Positions 16,663-27,413 are shown, counted from the stretch's first letter. The stretch is DNA of 64,000 bases from an uncultured Candidatus Saccharibacteria bacterium (GCA_964585065.1 CAZPCB010000002.1:68886-132885), one strand, 5' to 3'. Notes: generated from the sequence alone by a model not told the origin. Numbers and translations: made by a program.

Positions 16663-17649
16663 TTAAATAAGTCGATATAAAGCTTCAGCTAATTTCAAGG
16701 GATCATGACGGATTAAAGTGCGCCGTATAGGGTCTTTTTTATTTGGACTGATAAATATAGTGTCTGCAATAAGATCCTCGCCAATAAGGGTGGTTTTGCC
16801 GAGCTTAGGTGATTTAGAGTCTCTTACAACAGGTTCTCCTTCTTCTTTATATTTCTCCACCAATTCTTTATTAGGTTGTGTAGTATTATATAGTGCTATA
16901 TCAATTACTTCTGCCCCAATAAATCGATGTAATTCATTAATATGATCTTCAACTGACCAATTATTGGAATGCCCTACTTTGGACATTAAATTAACATTAT
17001 ACAAAATTTGGGCTGAAGTTTTAGTCAAAGCTTCTCTCATACCAGGTACAATCATATTGGGAGCTAGGCTGCAATAAAAATTTCCTGGTCCAATAATAAC
17101 GCTATCTGCTTTCATAATAGCATCATAAGCCTTTGGATTAATTTCTGTCTCAGGAGTTAATTCAATTTGCGTAACAGTATGTTTGGAGAGGATTTCAGAT
17201 GAAGAAATACAATCTTCTCCTAATAAAATATCTCCATTTCCAAGAGTAAGAGATAAATGAACATTTTCCGTAGTTACGGGGATAACTTGGCCTCTAATCG
17301 ACAAGATATTACTTGCGGTTTTGATGGCCTCTTCAAAATTCCCTGTTACTTTTTCAAGGGCAGATAAAAATAAATTTCCAAAATTATGCCCAGATAATTC
17401 CCCAGAGTCAAATCGATAATTGAATAATTCTCTCAATATTTCAGGAGATTCAGCTAGAGCAACCAGACATTGGCGGGCATCTCCCGGAGGAAGAACACCC
17501 AATTCATCCCTCAATTTACCAGTAGAACCCCCATTATCAGCCATAGTTACAATAGCCTGAAGATTGAGATTATGGAATACTTTAAGTCCCGATAATACGG
17601 TAAAGCTTCCTGTACCTCCACCAATAACAACAATATTTTTGAATGGCAT
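16663..17649 (-). CDS. YvcK/GlmR (CofD-like) UDP-GlcNAc-binding protein
   Basis: VVIGGGTG, DNGGSTGKLR, LPPGDARQC, GHNFGNL, IRHDP. Confidence 0.92.
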   Translation of the reverse strand: MPFKNIVVIGGGTGSFTVLSGLKVFHNLNLQAIVTMADNGGSTGKLRDELGVLPPGDARQCLVALAESPEILRELFNYRFDSGELSGHNFGNLFLSALEKVTGNFEEAIKTASNILSIRGQVIPVTTENVHLSLTLGNGDILLGEDCISSSEILSKHTVTQIELTPETEINPKAYDAIMKADSVIIGPGNFYCSLAPNMIVPGMREALTKTSAQILYNVNLMSKVGHSNNWSVEDHINELHRFIGAEVIDIALYNTTQPNKELVEKYKEEGEPVVRDSKSPKLGKTTLIGEDLIADTIFISPNKKDPIRRTLIRHDPLKLAEALYRLI

Positions 17650-17670
17650 GAATGTTAACTATATGATAAT

Positions 17671-17717
17671 TGTGGATAACTTGTGTATAAGTGGTACTTA
17701 TTCACAAATTATCCATA
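17671..17717. promoter_or_regulatory. DnaA-box cluster, candidate oriC
   Basis: TGTGGATAA 17671, TGTGTATAA 17682, TTATTCACA 17698, TTATCCATA 17709, then an AT-rich stretch; intergenic between divergent genes. Confidence 0.65.
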
Positions 17718-17798
17718 TATTTTAGATATGATATTATTATAGTAGCATAATATATGCTTCCTGAATACAGAAATTCTGAATACCGATAAAGAAAAGAA

Positions 17799-19058
17799 AT
17801 GAAAAAGGTAAGTATATCAATAGTATTGGGGTTAATAGGAATTAGTATTCCTTTTTTAGTACGCACAACCCTTATAGCCTATCCATTACAAGGAGTTAAT
17901 TCCCCCTATCTTACAATATATCTATATAGTTTGGATATATTACTTTTACTGATGTGGGGATATTTTTTGTTCACTGCAAAAAAACTACCATTTAGTCACA
18001 ATAATATTGTGGATAAGTTGTGGGTAATTTTATTTTTTCTTCTCATTTTTCGTGGAATATATACCGAATATCCCCTTATAAGCTGGGTATATGTAGTTAG
18101 ATTATATTTGGGTATAAGTATTGTTTGGTATATCTCTCGATTACAGAATTGGGGCAATTCTTTGGGTTTGATTGCTGAAGGATTTGTTATTGGAATGTTT
18201 GGGCAGACAATAATTGCTATTACTCAAAGTATATTACAAAAGAGTCTTAATTTACCATTAGTTGTCGAGCCGGCCCTATCCCCACTTTTAGCAGGAATAT
18301 CCAAAACTATCATCAATGGAGATGTATTTATTCGGGCATATGGAACTTTTCCTCACCCTAATATCTTGGCTTTTGCTGGTCTTGTGGCATTGCTTATCAT
18401 ATACGCTCCTATATTTACTCGAAAACAATCATTGCTATTATATGCTTGTATTCTTCTAGTTATTGGATTTGTGGATCATTATCTACTCACATCTATACAG
18501 GCATTTACTATTACTATACTTACGGTATTATATCTTGGATATGGGAAAAGCATACAATTTCCCCAATGGTTTATTCGAGTAAGTGTTTGGTCTCTGCATA
18601 TACTTATTCTATTAGCATTCTCTAAAACTGCTTTTATACTTGCTCTTATACTAGATATTATATATTTGACATTAGCAAGAAATTCTCAATTGTTCCACGT
18701 GGAACAATTTCAAAATAATATCCGAAGTATAGGAAGAATAGTATTGAGGGTTGGTGCTTTGGGAATATTGTTAATTACTCTCATTATCCCTTATCCCCAA
18801 ATTATCGCAACAATATCTAAAAGGATTAATTATATGGCAGATGCTTGGCAAATGATTATGAATAATTGGTTTTGGGGTGTTGGACTGGGGCAATATGTTG
18901 CTAATCTCCCGAGCGGGGGTAGAGAATTCTGGCAATATGAGCCTGTACATAATATTATACTTTTGCTTTGGAGTGAAATTGGGTTATTGGGACTAGGTCT
19001 TCTTATTGCTATTATTATATTAGAGTATTATACGAGAACTTATGGATACAAAAAATAA
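17799..19058 (+). CDS. O-antigen ligase (Wzy_C)-family membrane protein
   Basis: Multi-TM; RAYGTFPHPN, GVGLGQY, PVHNIILL..SEIG. Confidence 0.82.
   Translation: MKKVSISIVLGLIGISIPFLVRTTLIAYPLQGVNSPYLTIYLYSLDILLLLMWGYFLFTAKKLPFSHNNIVDKLWVILFFLLIFRGIYTEYPLISWVYVVRLYLGISIVWYISRLQNWGNSLGLIAEGFVIGMFGQTIIAITQSILQKSLNLPLVVEPALSPLLAGISKTIINGDVFIRAYGTFPHPNILAFAGLVALLIIYAPIFTRKQSLLLYACILLVIGFVDHYLLTSIQAFTITILTVLYLGYGKSIQFPQWFIRVSVWSLHILILLAFSKTAFILALILDIIYLTLARNSQLFHVEQFQNNIRSIGRIVLRVGALGILLITLIIPYPQIIATISKRINYMADAWQMIMNNWFWGVGLGQYVANLPSGGREFWQYEPVHNIILLLWSEIGLLGLGLLIAIIILEYYTRTYGYKK
18691..18706. promoter_or_regulatory. parS site inside CDS
   Basis: TGTTCCACGTGGAACA perfect palindrome, read as LFHVEQ. 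Confidence 0.85.
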
Positions 19059-19428
19059 AGGTAGTCTTGGGGAGAGATTGGCAATAAAGTTTTTATTATC
19101 CAAGGGGTTTGAAATTATAGATCAGAATGTACGGCTGGGTAAATTATCCGAGCTTGATATTGTTGCAACCCAAAATAAGGTTCTACATATTATAGAAGTT
19201 AAAACTGTGTATAAATGTGGAAAACTTGTGGAAAACCTCGAATTTCCGATATATAATATTACTCCACGCAAAGTACAGCATCTTAAAAAGGGGGCTCAAA
19301 TCTATGTGCAGAAGCAGAAATTAGAGAATATGGATATCACTATCGATGCGATTGGCTGTATTGTGGACAATTGTCATCGTAAAAGTTATATTAGATTTTA
19401 TCCCAATATACTAGAGGGCCTTGACTAG
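19042..19428 (+). CDS. YraN-family (UPF0102) nuclease-fold protein
   Basis: G.LGE.LA..FL..KG..I...N, ELDIVA, IEVKT. Confidence 0.85.
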   Translation: MDTKNKGSLGERLAIKFLLSKGFEIIDQNVRLGKLSELDIVATQNKVLHIIEVKTVYKCGKLVENLEFPIYNITPRKVQHLKKGAQIYVQKQKLENMDITIDAIGCIVDNCHRKSYIRFYPNILEGLD

Positions 19429-19430
19429 AA

Positions 19431-19446
19431 TGTTCCATGTGGAACA
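19431..19446. promoter_or_regulatory. parS site (1 mismatch)
   Basis: TGTTCCATGTGGAACA within tagaa...ttcta extended palindrome. Confidence 0.85.
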
Positions 19447-19543
19447 TTCTATGCATTGCAAAATTAAAATGATAGGAGTAATATGATGATAAGAGACCTT
19501 TGGGGGATAAGCTCCACTCTCATATGAATTAATATGTTTCATT

Positions 19544-20677
19544 ATGAATCGGATTGAGAATATTTTTAAAAAAGCATTGGCTTTGGGAGATATACAAATT
19601 AATGGTAATAGACCTTGGGATTTTCAAGTTAAAAACCCAGATATTTGGAATAGGATAATGAGAGATGGTTCCTTAGGTGTGGGAGAAGGGTATGTTGATG
19701 AGTGGTGGGATACTCCATCTTTAGATGAGCTTCTATTTCGTGTTAGAAAATATCGTGTATTGGAGGCCTTGTCCCAAGTATTTGATAAAAGTTGGAAAAA
19801 CCGTTTTTATGTAGTCAAAAGTAAGATGCTTAATTTACAAGACAAAATTAGAAGTAAACAAGTTGTAGAAGAGCATTATGATATAGGAAATGATTTGTAT
19901 CAGGCTATTCTGGACCCCTATATGCAATATACTTGTGGATATTGGAAAAATGCTAAGACTCTCAACCAAGCTCAGGAGGATAAATTAGATTTAATTTGCC
20001 GTAAATTGAAATTAGAAAAAGGAATGCGAATATTAGATATTGGCTGTGGTTGGGGTGGCTTTTTAAAGTTTGCCAGTGAGAAATATGGAGTAATTGGTAC
20101 TGGTATTACGATTTCCAAAGAACAAAAAGTATTTGCTGAGAAAATGGTTGCAGGGTTGCCAGTGGAGATTGTATTTAGTGATTATCGAGACTTTGGAGTT
20201 GAGCCATTTGACCGTATTGTTTCTGTTGGAATGATAGAACATGTAGGATATAAGAATTATAGAGAATATATGCAATGTGTAAATCGTAATTTAAAAGATG
20301 ATGGATTGGCTTTATTGCATACAATTGGGGATAGTGTCTCCACCACAATACCTGAAGCTTGGATGCATAAGTATATATTTCCAGGGGGGCAATTGCCTTC
20401 AATACAACAATTGTCAGGTGCGTGGGAAAACATATTAACAGTACAAGACATACATAATATCGGGCTTGATTATGACCCAACACTTATGGCTTGGTATGAT
20501 AATTTTAAACAATCCTGGCCAGATCTAAAGGAGAAATATGGAGAAAATTTTTATCGTATATGGGAATATTATCTTCTTAGTTGTGCGGGTAGTTTTAGAT
20601 CTGGATATCTCCAATTATGGCAAATTGTTCTTACAAAGCAATCTGGGAGATTAGAGCGTTACGATGCAATAAGATAA
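19544..20677 (+). CDS. cfa: cyclopropane-fatty-acyl-phospholipid synthase
   Basis: HYDIGNDLY, MQYTCGYW, LDIGCGWGG, SVGMIEHVG, KYIFPGG, YYLLSCAGSFR. Confidence 0.94.
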   Translation: MNRIENIFKKALALGDIQINGNRPWDFQVKNPDIWNRIMRDGSLGVGEGYVDEWWDTPSLDELLFRVRKYRVLEALSQVFDKSWKNRFYVVKSKMLNLQDKIRSKQVVEEHYDIGNDLYQAILDPYMQYTCGYWKNAKTLNQAQEDKLDLICRKLKLEKGMRILDIGCGWGGFLKFASEKYGVIGTGITISKEQKVFAEKMVAGLPVEIVFSDYRDFGVEPFDRIVSVGMIEHVGYKNYREYMQCVNRNLKDDGLALLHTIGDSVSTTIPEAWMHKYIFPGGQLPSIQQLSGAWENILTVQDIHNIGLDYDPTLMAWYDNFKQSWPDLKEKYGENFYRIWEYYLLSCAGSFRSGYLQLWQIVLTKQSGRLERYDAIR

Positions 20678-20724
20678 GTTTATCTTGCCAAGCAATCAGA
20701 AATAATGTACAATAATTGAACACT

Positions 20725-20812
20725 GCTAGGGTGGCGGAATGGTAGACGCAACGGACTTAAAATCCGTCGGTGATTAAACACTGTGAGGGTTCGAGTCCCT
20801 CTCCTAGTACCA
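20725..20812 (+). tRNA. tRNA-Leu(TAA)
   Basis: GGTGGCGGAATGGTAGACGC D-arm, CTTAAAA loop, long variable arm, GGTTCGAGTCCC, ACCA. Confidence 0.94.
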
Positions 20813-20943
20813 ATTATAGTAATAGCCCTTGAGGACAGAGCTATATGTAATGTATAAAAATCCCAGCAATGGGATTTTTTATTTAGAAGCTTTCAGGATT
20901 ATTTGATATAATAGATTCATAATAAAGATAATGACTGCAAGTT

Positions 20944-23493
20944 ATGCCTTCTCCGATGATGACTCAATTCTATGAATTAAAACAGGCATATCCTAATGAT
21001 ATTTTGTTCTTTCGTCTAGGGGATTTTTATGAAATGTTTGGAGAAGATGCTAAATTAGTAGCTCCTATCCTTGATTTGGTATTAACTTCTCGTAAAAATA
21101 CCATAGATGGGAATATTCCTATGTGCGGTGTACCGTACCATTCATCAGCTCAATATATTAAAAAGCTGATTCGTGCAGGATATTCAATAGCTATATGTGA
21201 GCAACAGGGTAATGCCTCAGAGATTAAGGGTTTAGTACCCCGTAAAGTAGTAAAAGTTATTACTCCAGGTACGGCTTTGTTAGAAGGTGAATCAGCGGAG
21301 TCACGGTATATTGCAAGTATTTATAAGGATAAAAAGGGTTTTTTTGTGGCTTTTGCTGATTTGGGTACGGGATTATTTGAAACAGGTCAATTTAACGAAA
21401 CTGATATTAGAGATATATTAAAATCTCGACAAGTAAAAGAAGTAATTATTCCAGAGAATGCTCATATTATCAATTTGATACAGGATTTAGGGATAAAAGT
21501 AGTATCAGAGTCGCGTTGGAATTTTCAATTAGCAAGAGCCAAGGAAGTATTGACTAAGCATTTTGCTATTAGTAATATGTCTGGTTTTGGATTTGATGCT
21601 GAGGATAATAGTCTTATACCAGCAGGAGCTCTACTATCTTATCTTGTCTATACACAACAAGAGGATTTACGGCATATTACTCGATTACAAGAAATGAGAC
21701 AATCTCAATATATGCAATTAGATGCTCAGACAATACAGAATTTAGAATTATTCCAGGTTAATCGGGCAAGTAATAAGGCCAAAAGTTTTTATCAGGCTAT
21801 TAATTATACCAAGACTGCACTCGGTATACGATTATTGCGTCAATGGATACTCAATCCTCTTCTTGATATACAGTATATTGAATTAAGGCAAAGCCATATC
21901 TCGGGTTATGTTGAGAACAATACCAAAAGACAAGAAGTAAGAGAAGTATTGGTTTCTATTGCAGATATTGAGAGATTATTGGCGAGACTTTCAAGTAATG
22001 TGGGAGGTCCAAGAGATATGCTGCGTTTGAATCAAAGCCTTAATTATATTGAAGAGATATTGAGTATAGACATCGAGGATTACACCCAATTAGCGAGTAA
22101 GGCCATACGAGAATTACAGCCTCTAAGAGAGAAACTTAGCAAGGCTTTACAGGAGACGGTACCACTTTTAGCTCGAGATGGAGGCTTTGTTGCAAGAGGC
22201 TACCGAGATGATATTGACTCTCTTCTTGACTTGAGTCAGGGAGGCAAGGACTGGTTATTAGATTTTCAAGCTCGCGAGCAACAAAGATCAGGAATTAATT
22301 CTCTTAAAGTAAAATATAATAAAGTATTTGGATATTATATTGAAATCAGTAATGCCTATAAACAAATCAGTCTCCCTGATAATTATATTAAAAAACAGAC
22401 TCTTGCTAATGCGGAGCGATATATTACCCCTGAATTAAAAGAGTTCGAAGAAAAAATATTAGCCTCAGAGGCTGATCTCTTGGCCCAAGAGCAAATAATA
22501 TTTGAGGAGCTTCGACAATTGATTTTGCAATATGTAAATGAAGTATATACATTATCAGAGACTATTGCCTATATTGACTGTATTCAATCAGGCGCTGAAC
22601 TTGCTACTCAGTGGCATTATATTTGCCCCCAAATACATAATGACAAAGATATTATAATAGAATCTGGCCGCCATCCGGTATTAGAGCAAATTGTATCAGA
22701 ATATATTCCGAATAATTGTGAATTGACTGAACCTAATCATTCGCTGATGTTAATCACAGGTCCTAATATGGGTGGTAAATCTACCTATATTAGGCAAATT
22801 GCATTAATAGTATTATTGGCTCAGATGGGTTATTATGTTCCGGCCGATAAAGCTCATATTGGTATTGCAGATAGAATATTTACGCGAGTTGGAGCTTCGG
22901 ATAATATGGGAGAGGGACAAAGTACCTTTATGGTAGAAATGTTGGAAGTTGCAAATATTTTGCATAATGCAACGGCCTCAAGTTTGATTATTCTGGATGA
23001 AGTGGGAAGAGGTACTTCTACCTATGATGGAATGAGTATAGCAAGAGGGCTTATTGAATATATTCATAATACTATTAGAGCCAGAACTTTATTTGCGACA
23101 CATTATCATGAATTATTGGGGCTGGAAAGTGAATTTAAGGGCGTGGTTAATTATCAGGTAAAAATTCAAGAATCAAATGGAGATATTGTGTTCCTCCATA
23201 GTATTGAAAAGGGTGGGGCTGATAAAAGTTATGGAATTGCAATAGCCCAGTTAGCAGGATTTCCCTCTGATGTGTTAGAATTAGCAAAGAAAGCTTTAGC
23301 TCAATATGAGCAAAAGAAATCCCAAATATCTTTTTTGCCAAGCACCCCGAATAATCCAATAATAGCCCTACACCCAGATATAGAAAAATATAAATCATTA
23401 TTACAAGATATTCATTCCTATAATCTCAATGACATAACCCCTTTAGATGCTTTGAGTATTCTGGCACAATTACAAGAGAACAATTCATTATGA
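20944..23493 (+). CDS. mutS: DNA mismatch repair protein MutS
   Basis: FRLGDFYEMF, TGPNMGGKST, STFMVEM, DEVGRGT, FATHY. Confidence 0.96.
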   Translation: MPSPMMTQFYELKQAYPNDILFFRLGDFYEMFGEDAKLVAPILDLVLTSRKNTIDGNIPMCGVPYHSSAQYIKKLIRAGYSIAICEQQGNASEIKGLVPRKVVKVITPGTALLEGESAESRYIASIYKDKKGFFVAFADLGTGLFETGQFNETDIRDILKSRQVKEVIIPENAHIINLIQDLGIKVVSESRWNFQLARAKEVLTKHFAISNMSGFGFDAEDNSLIPAGALLSYLVYTQQEDLRHITRLQEMRQSQYMQLDAQTIQNLELFQVNRASNKAKSFYQAINYTKTALGIRLLRQWILNPLLDIQYIELRQSHISGYVENNTKRQEVREVLVSIADIERLLARLSSNVGGPRDMLRLNQSLNYIEEILSIDIEDYTQLASKAIRELQPLREKLSKALQETVPLLARDGGFVARGYRDDIDSLLDLSQGGKDWLLDFQAREQQRSGINSLKVKYNKVFGYYIEISNAYKQISLPDNYIKKQTLANAERYITPELKEFEEKILASEADLLAQEQIIFEELRQLILQYVNEVYTLSETIAYIDCIQSGAELATQWHYICPQIHNDKDIIIESGRHPVLEQIVSEYIPNNCELTEPNHSLMLITGPNMGGKSTYIRQIALIVLLAQMGYYVPADKAHIGIADRIFTRVGASDNMGEGQSTFMVEMLEVANILHNATASSLIILDEVGRGTSTYDGMSIARGLIEYIHNTIRARTLFATHYHELLGLESEFKGVVNYQVKIQESNGDIVFLHSIEKGGADKSYGIAIAQLAGFPSDVLELAKKALAQYEQKKSQISFLPSTPNNPIIALHPDIEKYKSLLQDIHSYNLNDITPLDALSILAQLQENNSL

Positions 23494-25262
23494 TACAATT
23501 ATTACCCAAACACATAATTAATCAAATTGCAGCAGGAGAAGTTGTAGAGAGACCAGCATCTATTGTAAAAGAATTAATTGAGAATTCCCTAGATGCAGGA
23601 GCAACTGAGATTAGTATTGATATATTAGATGCCGGACTGACGGAAATTAGTATTAAAGATAATGGTATAGGTATTGAAAAGGCTGATTTTGATAAAGTGT
23701 TTCAAAGACATGCTACGAGTAAAATTCAAACCATAGAGGATTTACAAAAATTATCTACGATGGGATTTCGGGGGGAAGCTTTATCCAGTATTCAGGCTGT
23801 AGCTCAGGTTGAGCTTATTACTCGTACGGCTACAGAAGAGACGGGATATCAATATAATCCTCATACGAATGAGATTAAGCAAATTGCAAAACATCATACG
23901 GGAACAAGTATTATTATTCGTAATTTATTTTATAATGTCCCAGCTCGCAAAAAATTTCTCAAAACACATAATACAGAACTTGCCCATATTACTCGTATTA
24001 TTGAGGAAATTGCCTTAGTTCATCCTGAAGTTGCTTTTATATATACTTCTCAAAAGAGAGAACTTATTAATGTTTTAGCAAGCGATGCCTTATCACGAGT
24101 AATAGCAATTCTTAAAGTACAAGAATCAGAATATTTACTTCCTCTTGATTCACAACAGCATAATATACAAGCAAGAGGTTTTATTGGACATCCTCGTATT
24201 TCCAAAAAATCCCCACAATATCATATTTTTGTGAATAATAGACCCATTACACAGCCATTACTCACAAAAGCCATACAGCAAGGTTTTGATACTATGTTAG
24301 AAATAGGGCATTATCCCTTTGCTTTTGTGTCGCTATCTATTCCCTCTGATGAAGTGGATGTAAATGTACATCCTCGTAAAACCGAAGTTAAATTTATTGA
24401 TGAGAGAGCTATATTCCAAGCTCTAAAATATATTGTGAGGGATACTTTGCAAAAATCAGCATTTGAAGTGGTATTAAAACCTAAATCCTCAGTTTTTAAT
24501 ACTCCGAGTAATACAAACTATATTCCAAAAACATCTTCTAATACAGGTTTTGAAGGCTATCACCTCAAAGAGAGAACAGAGACCTCTCATATATCAGAAC
24601 CCCATATTGCTCAGTATAGCCATAAACAGCAGAGCATACCTAATCAATATTCTTTTGAAAAGCTACAGCCAAACTTTAGAGAATTATTAAAAGCCGACAC
24701 CCTAAAACCTCAATATCTTCATATTTTTGACACCTATATTGTATATCCCAATCAGCAAGGAATTATGATTCTGGATCAACATGCAGTACATGAAAAAGTT
24801 ATTCTTGAGCAATTAATGAATCAAGATGCCCCAATAACTTCTCAACAATTATTATTCCCTATTGCGCATAATGTACCTCAATCAGAAAAAGATACTACTA
24901 TTGAAGTATTATCTCAATTACCAGGTTTTGAGGTGGATGATTTTGGATCTGCTGAAATTATTATTCGAGCAATACCAGTATTCCTTGCTAAAACCCAAAA
25001 AGCGGAAGAACATATTGCCGGGCTTATTGCCCTTATTCAAGAGCGGGGGCATACTACAGATATCATGGAACTTAAAACTGAGTTACTTAAAACCATTGCC
25101 TGTAAATCAGCTATTAAAGCTGGATATGGTATGACAAAACCTGAAATAGAAGCCTTAATTCAGGATGCAGCTAAGACAGATTTTGGATTTGCATGCTGTC
25201 ATGGGCGCCCAACTATGGTACAATTAGATAAAGATTGGTTCGAAAAGCAATTTTCAAGATAA
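23490..25262 (+). CDS. mutL: DNA mismatch repair protein MutL
   Basis: IAAGEVVERP, GFRGEAL, DVNVHP, DQHAVHE, ACK, CCHGRP. Confidence 0.96.
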   Translation: MIQLLPKHIINQIAAGEVVERPASIVKELIENSLDAGATEISIDILDAGLTEISIKDNGIGIEKADFDKVFQRHATSKIQTIEDLQKLSTMGFRGEALSSIQAVAQVELITRTATEETGYQYNPHTNEIKQIAKHHTGTSIIIRNLFYNVPARKKFLKTHNTELAHITRIIEEIALVHPEVAFIYTSQKRELINVLASDALSRVIAILKVQESEYLLPLDSQQHNIQARGFIGHPRISKKSPQYHIFVNNRPITQPLLTKAIQQGFDTMLEIGHYPFAFVSLSIPSDEVDVNVHPRKTEVKFIDERAIFQALKYIVRDTLQKSAFEVVLKPKSSVFNTPSNTNYIPKTSSNTGFEGYHLKERTETSHISEPHIAQYSHKQQSIPNQYSFEKLQPNFRELLKADTLKPQYLHIFDTYIVYPNQQGIMILDQHAVHEKVILEQLMNQDAPITSQQLLFPIAHNVPQSEKDTTIEVLSQLPGFEVDDFGSAEIIIRAIPVFLAKTQKAEEHIAGLIALIQERGHTTDIMELKTELLKTIACKSAIKAGYGMTKPEIEALIQDAAKTDFGFACCHGRPTMVQLDKDWFEKQFSR

Positions 25263-25282
25263 ATATTAATATATATATATAT

Positions 25283-26227
25283 ATGAATGAGAGCAAAGCC
25301 CTATATTTGGAAGGAATTATTCTTCTTCTATTCATGTGGACTATCAGCAGTGTTTTTGCAGCTGTTATTGGAGTAATATCAATAATTTGGGGAATTGTCC
25401 TAGCCTCAATTTTTGGTATCACATATGTTGGCTTCTTAGGCTGGTATGCTAGTATGAAAGTAGAAAACAAGCATTTAAAAGAATATAATAGTCATATAAA
25501 GAGATTAATGATAGGTCATTCGCTTATACTACTGATACCTATATTTGCATTTGATTTGATTACTAAATTTATTATTCTAGCTTCAATTTTTATTGGAGCT
25601 GGAATTATATCATCCGCTTTTCATAAGATTGAAGAGAGTGAAAGAGACCATATCCATTTCCGGGTAAAAACTATTATCATGCCACATACTAGACCCATTA
25701 TTATATGGCTTATGATGATAACGGCCATATTCATTTATGGAAATACCCTCAAAACAAATCCAAATGGAATTAGGTTAGATGAATCCTTTATATCAGTACA
25801 GGTTGAGGCTTGGAGTCCTGTCTTAAAACAAGTAGCTCCTGAATTAAATATACAAGGGTCAGTCGGTAATTATGTGGAAGGACAAGTTAAAGATCAATCA
25901 TTAGGAGCAAATGTTACTAATCAAGATCAAGAAGTAAAAAAACAAGTATCTGGATTATCAGAAAAATTTGGTATTCCTCTTAGTCCAGATACTCCTATTG
26001 TAAAAGCCTTTGTGAGTTATGTTAATAAATTCCTCGAACCTTGGATGAGTGGTCCAATTTGGGGTGCTATTGTATCTTTTGCGGTATACTTAATCCTTGC
26101 TCCTTTTGTGGGATTCTATCAAGTAGGAATTAGATGGGCTATTATGTATATTCATAAACAGGCTTTGGAAAGGAATATATTAAATCTGTATCTTAAAAGT
26201 CTTAATAAGGAAAGATACCGTATTTAG
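25283..26227 (+). CDS. multi-TM hypothetical membrane protein
   Basis: ATG 25283 at the end of an (AT)8 tract; several hydrophobic helices. Confidence 0.75.
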   Translation: MNESKALYLEGIILLLFMWTISSVFAAVIGVISIIWGIVLASIFGITYVGFLGWYASMKVENKHLKEYNSHIKRLMIGHSLILLIPIFAFDLITKFIILASIFIGAGIISSAFHKIEESERDHIHFRVKTIIMPHTRPIIIWLMMITAIFIYGNTLKTNPNGIRLDESFISVQVEAWSPVLKQVAPELNIQGSVGNYVEGQVKDQSLGANVTNQDQEVKKQVSGLSEKFGIPLSPDTPIVKAFVSYVNKFLEPWMSGPIWGAIVSFAVYLILAPFVGFYQVGIRWAIMYIHKQALERNILNLYLKSLNKERYRI

Positions 26228-26250
26228 CACTCTTCACAGATTACTGCTAA
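26224..26250 (+). promoter_or_regulatory. CIRCE-like element (HrcA operator)
   Basis: TTAGCACTC-N9-TACTGCTAA versus consensus TTAGCACTC-N9-GAGTGCTAA, just upstream of dnaJ. Confidence 0.75.
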
Positions 26251-26288
26251 TACGATATACTATTCAAGAGTAATTAACAATTATATTA

Positions 26289-27380
26289 ATGGCAAAAGAT
26301 TATTATGAAATTTTAGGAGTGTCTAAGGATGCTAGTGATTCTGATATCAAAAAGGCATATCGCAAATTAGCACATACCTATCATCCAGATAAAAAGGGTG
26401 GAGATGAGGCTAAATTTAAAGAAGTAAATGAGGCGTATCAAACATTAAGCGACCCTCAAAAGCGTCAACAATATAATCAATTTGGCTCCAATTATCAGCA
26501 AGCTGGTGGAGCAGGTGGTTTTGGAGGATATGGTAATGCTCAGGGATTTTCTTTTGAGGATTTATTTGGACAATCTGGATTTTCTTTTGGTGGTGGCTTT
26601 GAAGATGTCTTCTCAGATGTATTTGGTGGAAATGGACGTGGTCGATCACAAGGGCAAGCCAAGGGACGCGATATACAATTAGAAGTAGAAATTAGCTTAG
26701 AAGAGGCTTATAGTGGTATTTCTAAATCAGTGGAATTAGATTTGAATATAGCTTGTGATTCTTGTGAGGGAACAGGAGCTCAGAATAAAAAGATGAAACA
26801 ATGTCCTGAATGTAAGGGGCAAGGTTTTGTTGAGAGACAAGTTCGGACTATGCTTGGAAATTTTGCTCAAAGAGAAACTTGTAGTACTTGTCAGGGTAGA
26901 GGTGAAATTCCAGAATCTATTTGTAAAAGCTGTCAGGGAAAAGGTGTCAAGAGACAAAAGAAATCTATTGAAATTGCAGTGCCAGAAGGAATATCCGATG
27001 GTCAAACTTTAGAAATGCGAGGAGCTGGAGAAGCGGCTGCTAGGGGTAAGGCTGGAAATATTTATATTCATATTCGAGTAAAAAAGCATAAGCAATTCGA
27101 AAGGCGTGGAGATGATATTTATTTAACCCAAGATATTATATATACCACAGCGGCATTAGGTGGAGATGTAGATATTGATACTTTAGCAGGAGCATTGAAT
27201 TTAAAGATTCCAAAATCTACGCAATCAGGAGAAATATTCCGCATTCGTGATAGGGGTATGCCACATTTACAGGGCCGTGGTAATGGGGATATGTTTGTAA
27301 CAGTAAGAATAACTACTCCAAAACATATATCTCGCCGAGCACAACAATTATTAAAAGATTTGCAATCTGAGGGAATATGA
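26289..27380 (+). CDS. dnaJ: chaperone DnaJ
   Basis: HPD motif, G/F region, four CxxCxGxG repeats. Confidence 0.97.
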   Translation: MAKDYYEILGVSKDASDSDIKKAYRKLAHTYHPDKKGGDEAKFKEVNEAYQTLSDPQKRQQYNQFGSNYQQAGGAGGFGGYGNAQGFSFEDLFGQSGFSFGGGFEDVFSDVFGGNGRGRSQGQAKGRDIQLEVEISLEEAYSGISKSVELDLNIACDSCEGTGAQNKKMKQCPECKGQGFVERQVRTMLGNFAQRETCSTCQGRGEIPESICKSCQGKGVKRQKKSIEIAVPEGISDGQTLEMRGAGEAAARGKAGNIYIHIRVKKHKQFERRGDDIYLTQDIIYTTAALGGDVDIDTLAGALNLKIPKSTQSGEIFRIRDRGMPHLQGRGNGDMFVTVRITTPKHISRRAQQLLKDLQSEGI

Positions 27381-27413
27381 TATACTTAAATTAAAGTTTA
27401 AGTATATAAAAAT

